Positions 16,354-26,333 of a DNA stretch of 56,970 bases are shown here, piece after piece (the first letter of the stretch is position 1; each line of letters starts with the position of its first letter). A model generated the notes under the pieces. The model saw only the letters and a program-made list of their open reading frames with translations, was not told where the DNA came from and ran no database searches. This DNA is from Candidatus Nanoarchaeia archaeon (GTDB lineage Archaea > Nanobdellota > Nanobdellia > SCGC-AAA011-G17 > GW2011-AR18). Made by a program: the position numbers and the translations under genes. The stretch covers positions 1-56,970 of the forward strand of contig DASRUL010000005.1 of NCBI GenBank assembly GCA_035655455.1. Direction: 5' to 3'.

Positions 16354-18338
16354 TTCAAACTGCACTTCAGCGTGATGTTCCTCGCGAACTTGTTTCCAGT
16401 CATTGCATTCAGAAACTTATCCGTATGCCTGCTAAACGTAAGCTTACACATCGCAGTATACACATACGCATTCTTCGTGCGAAAAGGCCTGAAGAGCCCG
16501 CCGTGAATTCTTCTCACCCTAAACCCTTCCTCATCAAGCACTGTCAAAATCTCAGGAACAGTGTATTCTTTATGCCAAAACCTGTAATATTTCTCACCCT
16601 CATTAATCTCTGCCTTGTCCTGCGTCTCAATAGCCTTCTCTCCTCTCTTCTGCTTGTACCAGACATTTCCCTTCTCGTTAAAATACACCAATGGGACAGA
16701 GACAATAAACCTCGTCTTTTCTGAACACAACGACCTCACCTTTCTCAAAAAAGCCCTTGGATCAACAAGATGCTCCATGATCTCAGTAGCGATTATATAA
16801 TGAGGATTCTTAAAACCTCCAAGATCCTCAGGCCTCAGTTTTTCCACATCCATCACCTTGAAAGAAATCCTATCCATGGCAGTTTTTCTAGAAAGCTCAG
16901 TCGCCAACTGAATTTGTTTTTGAGAAATATCCACACCAAGAATCCTCGCGTTCGGAACCTTTCTCAACACATAAAAATCATACAAGCCAATCCCGCACCC
17001 AAGATCAAGAATCACCGTTTCTTCTTCTTTTTGCTTCACCATCCCCGCAGCAATCTCCATCCTCACCCTAAAAGAATTATCCTGAGGAATCAGATCCTCA
17101 TCAAGACGGTCAGCACGCTCGTTCTCCCAAGCTTCCCCATAGAAGGCCACTAACTCCTCTTTGGTTGGCATCGCCTCTTGATAAGCCTGCTCCACCTGCT
17201 TCGCAATACGCTCAGGCTCATGCTCAACAACAATCGTCTTCGCCTTTCTCACCATCTTTTTTGCGACAGAAGGGTTTTTTATTAAGCTTGCTATTTTCTC
17301 ACACCATTCTTCCTCGCTCTCAGGATCATCAACAGGGAGATATGTCTTGTCAGGAAGGTCCACTATTCCACCCCTTCTTGACGCAATAAGCGGCTTTCCC
17401 AACCAGCCAGCCTCCAAAATAATCCCGGAGAAAGGCTCCTCCCACAACGACGGAAGCAGGATCATATCTGCAACCGCAAATAGTCTCAACGTCTTCGCAT
17501 GGTCGAGCTTTCCGGTAAATACTGCTGCGCCACCACTTGCTTCTTCCAAGCTCTTCCTCAACGCCCCATCGCCAACAACGAGCGCACTGAGATCCTTGAA
17601 TTCTTTCATCAGCTTAGGAAGGATTGGAACAACAACTTGAAACCCCTTATTCATTTCTAAGTTTCCGCACAGCATGATCACTTTCTTCTTCAACCCATAC
17701 TCTTCTTTTAATTTTTTACGCTCATCTTTTAAAAGATTTATTTTTATCGCTTCTCTCGGCGGATGAATTATGCGGATATTCCCACAAATTCCAAACCCCT
17801 CAAGCTTGTTTTTCACAGCAAGAGAATTCACGATCTTTACATCCGCCTCTTTCAGCATCTTTCTTATTCTCTTCAAATGCAACATCTTGTACCAATCCAG
17901 AGGAATCCTAAGGGGTGAGGCGCTACACTTCAACATACAAGACCACTCACATCCCTTGCATAATGTCAGGTCAGTCTTCAGGCATGTGCTCTTCGGACAA
18001 GCAAACCAATAATCCCTATAATGATTTACAACCCTTACTTTCTCTCTCTTTCCAGCAAGAATCGCAGGCGCAGCAGTCATCCGATCATGCGTGTGAATAA
18101 TTTCAATTCGCTCTTTTTCTACAATCTTTCTGAAGCAGGATAAGAGAATTCTTTGCTGAAGAAAATAAGGGAGCCTTCTCACCTTTGGAAGAGGATACGT
18201 CTTGAAACCCTCATATATCCCCGTTGACGCGATAACAACCTTGTGCCCTCTCTTCTTCAGCGCCCTTCCAAGATGAAGCATACTAATTTCCCCACCGCCA
18301 TATCCAAGCGGGAAGTACGCAGCAAAGAGGATGTTCAT
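16350..18338 (-). CDS. fusion protein: GT4 glycosyltransferase (N) plus class I SAM methyltransferase (C)
   Basis: 662 aa. N-terminal MNILFAAYFPLGYGGGE...PSLWEEPFSGIILEAGWLGKPLIASRRGGI. C-terminal VILDLGCGIGLY...IIATEIMEHL. Confidence 0.7.
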   Translation of the reverse strand: MNILFAAYFPLGYGGGEISMLHLGRALKKRGHKVVIASTGIYEGFKTYPLPKVRRLPYFLQQRILLSCFRKIVEKERIEIIHTHDRMTAAPAILAGKREKVRVVNHYRDYWFACPKSTCLKTDLTLCKGCEWSCMLKCSASPLRIPLDWYKMLHLKRIRKMLKEADVKIVNSLAVKNKLEGFGICGNIRIIHPPREAIKINLLKDERKKLKEEYGLKKKVIMLCGNLEMNKGFQVVVPILPKLMKEFKDLSALVVGDGALRKSLEEASGGAAVFTGKLDHAKTLRLFAVADMILLPSLWEEPFSGIILEAGWLGKPLIASRRGGIVDLPDKTYLPVDDPESEEEWCEKIASLIKNPSVAKKMVRKAKTIVVEHEPERIAKQVEQAYQEAMPTKEELVAFYGEAWENERADRLDEDLIPQDNSFRVRMEIAAGMVKQKEEETVILDLGCGIGLYDFYVLRKVPNARILGVDISQKQIQLATELSRKTAMDRISFKVMDVEKLRPEDLGGFKNPHYIIATEIMEHLVDPRAFLRKVRSLCSEKTRFIVSVPLVYFNEKGNVWYKQKRGEKAIETQDKAEINEGEKYYRFWHKEYTVPEILTVLDEEGFRVRRIHGGLFRPFRTKNAYVYTAMCKLTFSRHTDKFLNAMTGNKFARNITLKCSLK

Positions 18339-19030
18339 AGTTTTGTCGCCTTCACCAGCATCCCCGCGCTCAACTCAGGAAAGTTATATCCAATCTTGAT
18401 CAGGAAACGAAACAGGGCCCTGCACACTATGATATTCGCAACGTGCTCCGCTCTTGGAATGGGAAGAGGCAAATAATACCCAACAACCTTAATGTTTTTC
18501 AAGTAAGGAGACAACAAGCGTTTCATTTCTCTTACGCTGTACTCATAATAATGCTTGTCAACAATCTTATGACCAAAAATTCTTCCTCTCAACTCTCTCC
18601 TGTTCGGCGTTGTTAAGTAGAAAGATCCTCCGACCTTCAACACACGAGCCATCTCTTTTATTCCCTTTGCGGCGATCTCTCTCGGAATGTGCTCAATCAC
18701 ATCAAAACACGCCACCTTGTCAAAGCTCTCGTCCTTAAATTTTAGCTGTGTCATATCCCTGGCCTTAAAAATCGCGTTCTTAATCTTTAGTTTTTCAAAA
18801 ATCAACCTCCCAAACTTCAAAGGATACTCTTGGTGGTCGACACCTATTACTTTTTTTGCCCGAGAAGCGATCAAAGAAGTTAGTCTGCCATCACCGCACC
18901 CCACATCCAAGACCACATCGTTCTTTTTAAACTCAGGCAAGATCAGCCTCACAGGCCTTTCGTATACTTCCTTGTAAAAGCCATCCCAACCCCAATGGTA
19001 CGGGATCAAATATTCATTAATCTTCTCCAT
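18335..19030 (-). CDS. class I SAM-dependent methyltransferase
   Basis: VVLDVGCGDGRL...VACFDVIEHI. ATG at 19030 (the track start at 19033 is TTG). Confidence 0.75.
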   Translation of the reverse strand: MEKINEYLIPYHWGWDGFYKEVYERPVRLILPEFKKNDVVLDVGCGDGRLTSLIASRAKKVIGVDHQEYPLKFGRLIFEKLKIKNAIFKARDMTQLKFKDESFDKVACFDVIEHIPREIAAKGIKEMARVLKVGGSFYLTTPNRRELRGRIFGHKIVDKHYYEYSVREMKRLLSPYLKNIKVVGYYLPLPIPRAEHVANIIVCRALFRFLIKIGYNFPELSAGMLVKATKL

Positions 19031-19050
19031 CAACGGCTCACCGAAGTAAG

Positions 19051-19060
19051 TTATTTAAAG
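19051..19060. promoter_or_regulatory. single central TATA-like box shared by divergent genes (starts 19030 and 19081)
   Basis: TTATTTAAAG sits in a 50-bp spacer, 21-30 nt from both ATGs. Confidence 0.45.
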
Positions 19061-19080
19061 TTATTGCCACCCAACCACCT

Positions 19081-20202
19081 ATGAACATAGGATTTATCAC
19101 CACCTACTTTTATCCCGTCCTTGGAGGCGCAGAAGCTAACTGTTACTACCTCGCCAAAGAGCTCGCGAAAAGGCACGAGGTTCACGTCTTCACCTCAACC
19201 CAGGGCAACCTTCCAGAAGAAGAAACTATTCATCAGATTCATATCCACAGGTCTAAAGAGCTCATTAGGGTCGGATATTATGGGGCGTTCTACCCTTCCT
19301 TGCTCAAAAAAATTCTTTCTTATGAACTTGATATCCTTCACGTCCAATCTTTTGGATTTTTATGGCATGATCTTTGCGTTCTTCTTAAAAAAGCAGCTTC
19401 TTCCCACACAAAACTTGTTATCACCGCCCACGGACCCTTCATGGCGCTAGCCTCTTATCCTCTTTGGAAACGAGCAGTCGGAAGCGTCGTCAAGATTTTG
19501 GAATACCTTCCCAATAGTTTTTATGATCTTGTCATCCAAGTCAACCCCTCTCAGAGGCAATGGCTTCTCCGCTACGGGTTTAGAACGTCAAAGATCCGGT
19601 TTCTTCCCAATGGCGTTCCAGTATCGGCACTTAAAAGACACCCAACGATGAAAGACCTCGCAGGAAGATTTATTATCTCCTATATTGGAAGGGTCCAACG
19701 CTACAAGGGCCTCAACCAGGTCATCCATATCCTCCCAGACCTCATCAGAAAAAACAAAAAAATCCTCTTCGTCATCGCAGGACACCCTGAAGACATGCAC
19801 CATCTGGTGAACCTCTCACGAAGCCTCAGTGTTGGAAACAACGTTCTCTTCCTCGGAACAATCACAGAAGAAGACAAATACTCATTACTCGCAACAACCA
19901 ACGTCTTTGTCTTTCCAAGCAAGTGGGAAGCCTTCGGTATCTCCATGCTTGAAGCAATGAGTCAAGGATGTCCAGTCATCTCAACAAGAACAGAAGGAGG
20001 AGCCTATCTTATCGAAGAAGGAACAAACGGCTTCCTCTTTGATTATGGAAACACCCAAGAACTCAAAGAAAAAATCCTTCTTCTCATGAACAATAAAAAA
20101 CTCGCCACCACCATCTCAAAAAACAACGCCAAGAAGGCCAAAACCTACACCTGGGAAAAAATCAGCCAAGACCTCGAACAGCTTTACCTGAGGATACGAT
20201 GA
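19081..20202 (+). CDS. GT4-family glycosyltransferase
   Basis: 373 aa; ...FPSKWEAFGISMLEAMSQGCPVISTRTEGGAYLIEEGTNGFL. Confidence 0.8.
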   Translation: MNIGFITTYFYPVLGGAEANCYYLAKELAKRHEVHVFTSTQGNLPEEETIHQIHIHRSKELIRVGYYGAFYPSLLKKILSYELDILHVQSFGFLWHDLCVLLKKAASSHTKLVITAHGPFMALASYPLWKRAVGSVVKILEYLPNSFYDLVIQVNPSQRQWLLRYGFRTSKIRFLPNGVPVSALKRHPTMKDLAGRFIISYIGRVQRYKGLNQVIHILPDLIRKNKKILFVIAGHPEDMHHLVNLSRSLSVGNNVLFLGTITEEDKYSLLATTNVFVFPSKWEAFGISMLEAMSQGCPVISTRTEGGAYLIEEGTNGFLFDYGNTQELKEKILLLMNNKKLATTISKNNAKKAKTYTWEKISQDLEQLYLRIR

Positions 20203-21320
20203 AAATCTTATTCATCAGCCCCTACTACGAGCCAGTACGGGGAGGTATGGAAACCCACGTCGCTTCCTTGGCTAAAGAACTCGTAAAACGAGGACACGAC
20301 GTTCACGTCTTCACCTCAGACCTCTCACGGGAGGGAAGAATCAGCCAGAAACAAGAAACCATTGAAGGCGTTCACGTCAAGAGATTCACCACGTGGTTTA
20401 AACTCGGACAATTCGCCTCTTTCTTTCCAGGAATTTTTTTCGCCATACGAAAACTCAACCCAGATATCATTCATGTTCATAATTTCAGGCACCCCAGCAA
20501 TCTCGCTCCTTTTTTTACAAAAAGGCCTTGTTTCCTTACCTTTCACTGGCCCCAATACCCTAGAGGGCTCAGGACACCTGTCATGGATTTTTTCTCCAAG
20601 CTCTTTGACAAGACCCTCGCACGACCCCTGCTCGAAAAATACAAAAAAGTCTGCGCAGTAACCATTTCAGAAGTTCCTTTCATCCAAGCTTTCAACGTAC
20701 CACAAGAGAAGATTCTTCTTACTCCTAACGCCATCCCAAAAGCATATCTCATACCCCAAGAGCGAAGAAGCTTCAGAGTCAAACACCACCTCAAAGAAAA
20801 AGACTTTGTTGTTCTAAGCTTATCCAGAATCCACAAGAGCAAAGGCTTCGACCTTGTTGTTCAGTTAGCAGCACGCTATCCCCAGATAAAATTCGTCATC
20901 GCTGGAAGGGATGAAGGCCACAAACATCATCTTGAAGATTTAGCGAAGGCCCTTAACACAAAGAACGTTTTCTTTATTGGAGAACTCACAGACGAAGACA
21001 AAATCAAAGCGTACGCGTCATGCGATGTTTTTCTTCATCCCAGCCACTTCGAAGCATTCGGCATCGTCGCCCTCGAAGCAATGAGCCAAGCAAAACCAGT
21101 CATCACCTCGAACAGCGGCGGGTTGCCCTGGGTTGTCGGAGACGCAGGCCTCACTTTCAAAGATAATAATCTTCATGACCTCGAAGACAAATTCAAAAGA
21201 ATCCTCTATAGCCCATCCCTGAGAAAAGAATTAGGAAAAAAAGCGTATCGACGCGCAACAACACTCACCTGGAACAACGTAGCAGAACATCTAGAAAAAG
21301 CGTACAAGGGGATCCTATGA
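20199..21320 (+). CDS. GT4-family glycosyltransferase (tandem paralog)
   Basis: 373 aa; ...HPSHFEAFGIVALEAMSQAKPVITSNSGGLPWVV. ATGA overlap with the upstream gene. Confidence 0.8.
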   Translation: MKILFISPYYEPVRGGMETHVASLAKELVKRGHDVHVFTSDLSREGRISQKQETIEGVHVKRFTTWFKLGQFASFFPGIFFAIRKLNPDIIHVHNFRHPSNLAPFFTKRPCFLTFHWPQYPRGLRTPVMDFFSKLFDKTLARPLLEKYKKVCAVTISEVPFIQAFNVPQEKILLTPNAIPKAYLIPQERRSFRVKHHLKEKDFVVLSLSRIHKSKGFDLVVQLAARYPQIKFVIAGRDEGHKHHLEDLAKALNTKNVFFIGELTDEDKIKAYASCDVFLHPSHFEAFGIVALEAMSQAKPVITSNSGGLPWVVGDAGLTFKDNNLHDLEDKFKRILYSPSLRKELGKKAYRRATTLTWNNVAEHLEKAYKGIL

Positions 21321-22189
21321 TAAGCATTATTATCACTACCTACAAAGAACTTAGCACCATCAAAAAAGCACTTACCTCTTTTTTAGAAACACCTCCAGAA
21401 GAACCATACGAGATCCTTGTTGTCTCTCCAGACCTAGAGACAAAAGAAGCAATCAGCGACCTTCTTGAAAAGCATCCAACCATCAGCCACCTCCAAGATC
21501 AAGGACAAGGAAAACCAGCAGCACTCAACCTTGCCCTAGCCAATGTCCAAGGAGAGATCGTGGTCTTAACAGACGGCGACGTTATCACAGAACTCGGGGC
21601 GCTTGATGACCTTCTCAAACCTTTCGAAGATCCTCTAGTTGGCCTTGTCACAGGAAGACCACTCAGCCTCGAATCAGAAGACACCATGCTTGGCTACTGG
21701 TCCTCCATCCTCACGGACATCGCACATAAGACAAGAGAACGCTCCTCTTTTGTTGTGGCATCAGGATACCTTTACGCTTTCAGAAAAGGCCTTATCACCC
21801 CTCTTCCTGAGGACGCTCTCTCAGAAGACGCGGTGATCTCTTCTCTTGTTTTCGAACAAGGGTACAAAACAGTTTATGCGCGAGAAGCACGCGTCTACGT
21901 GAGATACCCAAAAACACTCAAAGACTGGATCAAACAAAAAAAACGAAGCGCTGGAGGATACACCCAACTCAATCAGTACGTTCAGGGCAAAGAACGCATG
22001 CGCTCCTTTACCAAAGAAGCATCAGGAGTCTACAAACTCCTTCCTTACTGCACTACTTTAAAAAAGGCACTTTGGATTTTTTGCCTCATCTTCACAAGAC
22101 TTTACCTCTGGATCCTTATCCTTTTCGATGTTAAACTCAAAAGAAAATCTTTTAAACAACTCTGGGTGAGAGTGGAAAGCACGAAATGA
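21317..22189 (+). CDS. GT2-family glycosyltransferase
   Basis: MISIIITTYKE...VVLTDGDV (DxD). Confidence 0.75.
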   Translation: MISIIITTYKELSTIKKALTSFLETPPEEPYEILVVSPDLETKEAISDLLEKHPTISHLQDQGQGKPAALNLALANVQGEIVVLTDGDVITELGALDDLLKPFEDPLVGLVTGRPLSLESEDTMLGYWSSILTDIAHKTRERSSFVVASGYLYAFRKGLITPLPEDALSEDAVISSLVFEQGYKTVYAREARVYVRYPKTLKDWIKQKKRSAGGYTQLNQYVQGKERMRSFTKEASGVYKLLPYCTTLKKALWIFCLIFTRLYLWILILFDVKLKRKSFKQLWVRVESTK

Positions 22190-23655
22190 CAGAGCAATCC
22201 CAAGGAGCGTGGTTTCACCACTATCAAAATAAAATCCTTCTTCTTCTTTTAGCAATAGCCTTCGCATTCAGGCTCTATTATTTGGATTTTAACAGCGCAG
22301 TATGGTGGGATGAGGCAGACTACTTAGCCTCCGCGAAGCACTGGTTCTTTGATCTTTCTTACACCTACAACCCTCAGCGCGGTATTCTCTTTCCGCTTCT
22401 CATCGGCATGCTTTTTAAGCTCGGATTAAGTGAACTTGCAGCCAAATTCGTTGTCGTCCTCCTTCCCTCCTTAGGCATTGTCCTCTTAACTTATCTTCTC
22501 GGAAAAGAAATGTACTCAAAAAATGTTGGCCTTATCAGCGCAGCACTTATGAGCACCTTCTGGGTTTCACTTTTCTGGACATCACGCTTCAGCAACGACT
22601 TCTTAGCATTATTCTTTCAACTCTGTGCGATCCTCTGCTTCTGGAAAGGCGTTGTTAAAAAACAATCAAAATATTACACCTGGTCATTTGGATTTTTTCT
22701 CGCACTCGGATTCCTCACAAGAGCACAATCACTCTTAGCAGGGTTAGGCTTGCTCCTCTTCTTACTTCTTACCCAACGCCTTCGTTTTTTAAAAAACAAG
22801 GATTTGTGGATCGCAACGGCACTCTTTTTTTTAACACTCACTCCCTACCTGCTTTGGCTCAACTCAGCTTTCGGAACACCACTCGCCTTTTCCACAGGAT
22901 ACTCCTCACAAATTCAATCAGCAGCACCCTTTGGATGGTACGTTCTCAATTTTGTTTTCCAATTCCCAGGGCCATTTATTTTTGTCGCTTTTCTTTTAGG
23001 GTTATTCCCTCTTTGGAAAACATTTCTCGGATTAGACTTGATCCTGAAAAACCAAGCCTCAGAAGAAAACCTCGCGAATGTTTTCTGGATTCTTGTGGGC
23101 ATTCTTACCTTAGCATTCTTTGTTTTCTGGCTTCGAGGCGCAGAAGACCGATGGGTTATTCTTCTTTCAGTACCTGTCTTTATTTTTTCAGCAAAGGGAG
23201 CCTTACTCGCTTACGAAATCTTTCTTAAAAAAACAAACCAAAAATTCGCCACTTTCATCTTACTCCTCTTAGTCTTAGGAGGAATGTACGCCCAATATTC
23301 TCTTGCAACGCCACTCCTCAACGAGAAAAAAGACACCTACCTCCAAGTCAAGGAAGCCGCACTTTGGATGAAAACAATCTCCAACCCTCAAGACATTCTC
23401 TACTCAGCCTCAGGACCACAAACCAGTTATTATTCAGATCGAGAAGTGAAAGGGTATCCAACAACTGAAGAGGAATTCTTAACAAACACTCAGGAGAGAA
23501 AACCGAGATACATGTCCTTGTCAGCCTTTGAACGCCACCCAGAATGGGTATATTCTTTTCCAGAACGACACCAAGACCTGGTTCATCCCGTCAACGCATG
23601 GTATGCCGACCAAGAACAAAAACAACCCCTTCTTGTCGTGCTTGAGTTCAAATAA
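22186..23655 (+). CDS. GT-C membrane glycosyltransferase (ArnT/PMT, GT39/83-like)
   Basis: 489 aa, polytopic. First-loop motif AVWWDEADYLASAKHW is typical of this family. Confidence 0.65.
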   Translation: MTEQSQGAWFHHYQNKILLLLLAIAFAFRLYYLDFNSAVWWDEADYLASAKHWFFDLSYTYNPQRGILFPLLIGMLFKLGLSELAAKFVVVLLPSLGIVLLTYLLGKEMYSKNVGLISAALMSTFWVSLFWTSRFSNDFLALFFQLCAILCFWKGVVKKQSKYYTWSFGFFLALGFLTRAQSLLAGLGLLLFLLLTQRLRFLKNKDLWIATALFFLTLTPYLLWLNSAFGTPLAFSTGYSSQIQSAAPFGWYVLNFVFQFPGPFIFVAFLLGLFPLWKTFLGLDLILKNQASEENLANVFWILVGILTLAFFVFWLRGAEDRWVILLSVPVFIFSAKGALLAYEIFLKKTNQKFATFILLLLVLGGMYAQYSLATPLLNEKKDTYLQVKEAALWMKTISNPQDILYSASGPQTSYYSDREVKGYPTTEEEFLTNTQERKPRYMSLSAFERHPEWVYSFPERHQDLVHPVNAWYADQEQKQPLLVVLEFK

Positions 23656-24823
23656 AGTTCTTCTTCACTTTCTCAATTTCCTCAACAAAAACTTTCATCT
23701 GAACTTCCTCTTTAAACCTCTCAACACTCTTCACAATCTCACTCTTTTTTCTTTCTTTCAAATCTTCCTTCAAGACTTGTTCAATCTTTTCAGCAAAATC
23801 GCCACAGTCGTACGGTTTCGCCAAATACCCGCTTATCCCCTCAATAACAGTCTCACTCGGACCAGCATTATCAGCCCAAGCAACTACTGGACAACCACAA
23901 GCCATCGCCTCAACAGGAACAAGCCCAAAATCCTCGTCAGGAGCAGGAAACACAAACACCTTAGCCTCATTATATAACGCAACAAGATCCTCATCAAGGA
24001 CATAGCCTAAAAACTTGATACGCTGCAGGCATCCAAGATGAATCGCCCTCTCACGCAACGCCTCCTCATACGCCTTTCCGATTCTCCCCGCGATGACAAG
24101 GTCAACATCTCCGTCGCGCAGTCTTGAAAGAGCCTCAACTAGCCACTCGTACTTCTTATCAGGAATCAGCCTTCCAGTACAAAAAATAAACTTCTTTAAG
24201 TTATATTTTTCTAAGACATACCCTGTTTCTTTCTTTTCCTTCATGCGGAATATTTTTGAGAGCGTCGGGTAGATGACCTGAGCGTCAATATTGTAAATTT
24301 TTTCAACCCCCCTCTTCGTGTAATAACTATTCACAAAGATTTTATCAGCAGCCCGCACAACTTTTTTATCAATACTTCTAAGAACAGGGCCGAACAAGAT
24401 CCCCGCAGCCATCGCCACCTTCCTTCCCGCATCAAACCCCCACTCCTTTCTCTTTCCCTTGAAGTACAAAAAGTTTGGAGGATGGTGCAAATACACCACA
24501 TAGGGAATCTTATGCCTCTCCTTCATCTCGTGGGCAAGCCGCGTACAAATAAAACTATGGCTTACGAACAATTCAGCTTCCTTTGACTCTTCAAGAACAT
24601 TCTTATTTAAAAACGTTGAAATAATCCTCATCGTAGGATTTTTCCACAACCAATTATGCTCCCCAACAGGAACATCCTTAAACAAATACAACAATCTTTG
24701 ATTCACTGTCGCAAATGACACCTTTACCTTATTCTTTTCGGCTAACCAACGCGCCTGCGTAGCCATCACCCGCTCAAGACCACCTTCTTCGAGCAAGAAA
24801 TCATACAACAAGGTAATATTCAT
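23648..24823 (-). CDS. GT4-family glycosyltransferase
   Basis: ...FPAPDEDFGLVPVEAMACGCPVVAWADNAGPSETV. ATG at 24823 overlaps the upstream stop (ATGA). Confidence 0.8.
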   Translation of the reverse strand: MNITLLYDFLLEEGGLERVMATQARWLAEKNKVKVSFATVNQRLLYLFKDVPVGEHNWLWKNPTMRIISTFLNKNVLEESKEAELFVSHSFICTRLAHEMKERHKIPYVVYLHHPPNFLYFKGKRKEWGFDAGRKVAMAAGILFGPVLRSIDKKVVRAADKIFVNSYYTKRGVEKIYNIDAQVIYPTLSKIFRMKEKKETGYVLEKYNLKKFIFCTGRLIPDKKYEWLVEALSRLRDGDVDLVIAGRIGKAYEEALRERAIHLGCLQRIKFLGYVLDEDLVALYNEAKVFVFPAPDEDFGLVPVEAMACGCPVVAWADNAGPSETVIEGISGYLAKPYDCGDFAEKIEQVLKEDLKERKKSEIVKSVERFKEEVQMKVFVEEIEKVKKNFI

Positions 24824-25347
24824 TTCACAACCTCCAACTCCGCAATCACCTCTGAACACGGAAACACCCAACAAAAAAACCGCTCGTATAACAATGGACT
24901 TAAATTCAACAACGGGTTAAAGAGCATATTCAAGAACTTCGCGCGCATCCTTGTAAAATTCAACATCCTTCTTTTAATTCTAAAACGAGGCGTCTTGTAA
25001 AATGTTTTGCTCGTAAAAAAATCAAACGTGAAATAAGAAAAAAGCCTCTTATGCGTCGGATCCCAATAGCTCACACCACAAGAAAAATGCGGAGCGCGAA
25101 TAATCACACGACCATTCCTCTTCGTTACCCTATGGATCTCTCTCATCACAGCCACAAGGTCGTCAACATGCTCCAGCACATGACTGCAATACACCTCATC
25201 AAACTCGCCATCCTTAAACGGGAATTTCTTATTCAAATTATGAATAACATCGATACCCTCCAAAGGCAGTTCGTCCACGTTCACCCATGTTACCGATCCA
25301 GAAGAGCGCCGCACATCCTGACCCGCACCGAGATTCAACTTTTTCAT
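24820..25347 (-). CDS. class I SAM-dependent methyltransferase (Methyltransf_11-like)
   Basis: MKKLNLGAGQD...DEVYCSHVLEHV. Confidence 0.7.
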   Translation of the reverse strand: MKKLNLGAGQDVRRSSGSVTWVNVDELPLEGIDVIHNLNKKFPFKDGEFDEVYCSHVLEHVDDLVAVMREIHRVTKRNGRVIIRAPHFSCGVSYWDPTHKRLFSYFTFDFFTSKTFYKTPRFRIKRRMLNFTRMRAKFLNMLFNPLLNLSPLLYERFFCWVFPCSEVIAELEVVK

Positions 25348-26297
25348 CGCCTTTCAGCCCTCAACAGCCAACCCTCCCTTGTTCCCCTTTCTTTCTTGAC
25401 AAGCCTGTTCCTCAAAGCTCCGTACAGCGTGAAAAGAATCCAAAGCCTCGTCGCAACCACAACCTTCAACCTCTTTTTCAACCATGACCTCGTCATCATG
25501 AACCACACCAACGGAAGATAAAAATTCGTCAATGTCACCTTTAAATTATACTTCTTAAAAAGCTGCTCCCTCGCAAGCGCAGTCCTCGTCTTCTGCTTTC
25601 CCAAATCCGCAAACGACTGATACGCATACGAAGCAACCATCCTTGGCTGCTCAGGATTGTTCAGCACGCGCAACAAAAACCCCCTTTCTAATATATCCAA
25701 CGGCCTCTCAAAATCATCAGCCAACGTCTCATTTGCTTTGTACAACTCTTTTCTAAATACGTTGCACAAAAAAGGAAAATTCTTACTGTTAGGATTCACA
25801 TACAAATCGTTATTCTTTCTCACCGTAAACCTCTCCTTCATAAACTCCAACCAAAAATAATTCCCGTATGCAGAAGCCAAGAACGCCCAGTCCCCCGCCT
25901 TCTTAAGCAAATCTTCATCGTACTCAACAGGATAAGACTCAACGATTCCTCCAAGCTTCGGATCATCAAACCAAGAAACAACCTCTTGTAAGGATTTCTG
26001 ATCCTGAACCCTGAACACCCAGTCCGCGTCATGAATAACAATGATCTCACCTTTCGCGCGAGGATAGAGCTTGTTAATAACCGCAGGCTTTCCCTTTCGC
26101 TCGTTCAATTCTAAATGACTAAACACTTTCGGATGAAGCCTTTCAAACTCCTCAACAATCTTCAACGTGCCATCCGTACATCCATCCAATCCTAGCAAAA
26201 CCTCATACTCTTTAAAAGGCAAGCTTGCAAGGTTTTCCAACGCATTTCTGATAATTCGCTCCTCATTATGCGCAGCCATCAAAAACGAAAGCTTCAT
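25344..26297 (-). CDS. GT2-family glycosyltransferase
   Basis: MKLSFLMAAHNEE...IVIHDADW. ATG at 26297 preferred over the TTG at 26309. Confidence 0.75.
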   Translation of the reverse strand: MKLSFLMAAHNEERIIRNALENLASLPFKEYEVLLGLDGCTDGTLKIVEEFERLHPKVFSHLELNERKGKPAVINKLYPRAKGEIIVIHDADWVFRVQDQKSLQEVVSWFDDPKLGGIVESYPVEYDEDLLKKAGDWAFLASAYGNYFWLEFMKERFTVRKNNDLYVNPNSKNFPFLCNVFRKELYKANETLADDFERPLDILERGFLLRVLNNPEQPRMVASYAYQSFADLGKQKTRTALAREQLFKKYNLKVTLTNFYLPLVWFMMTRSWLKKRLKVVVATRLWILFTLYGALRNRLVKKERGTREGWLLRAERR

Positions 26298-26333
26298 GAA
26301 ACTGCGCAAAGAGAGAAGATTTATAAGGCTTTA

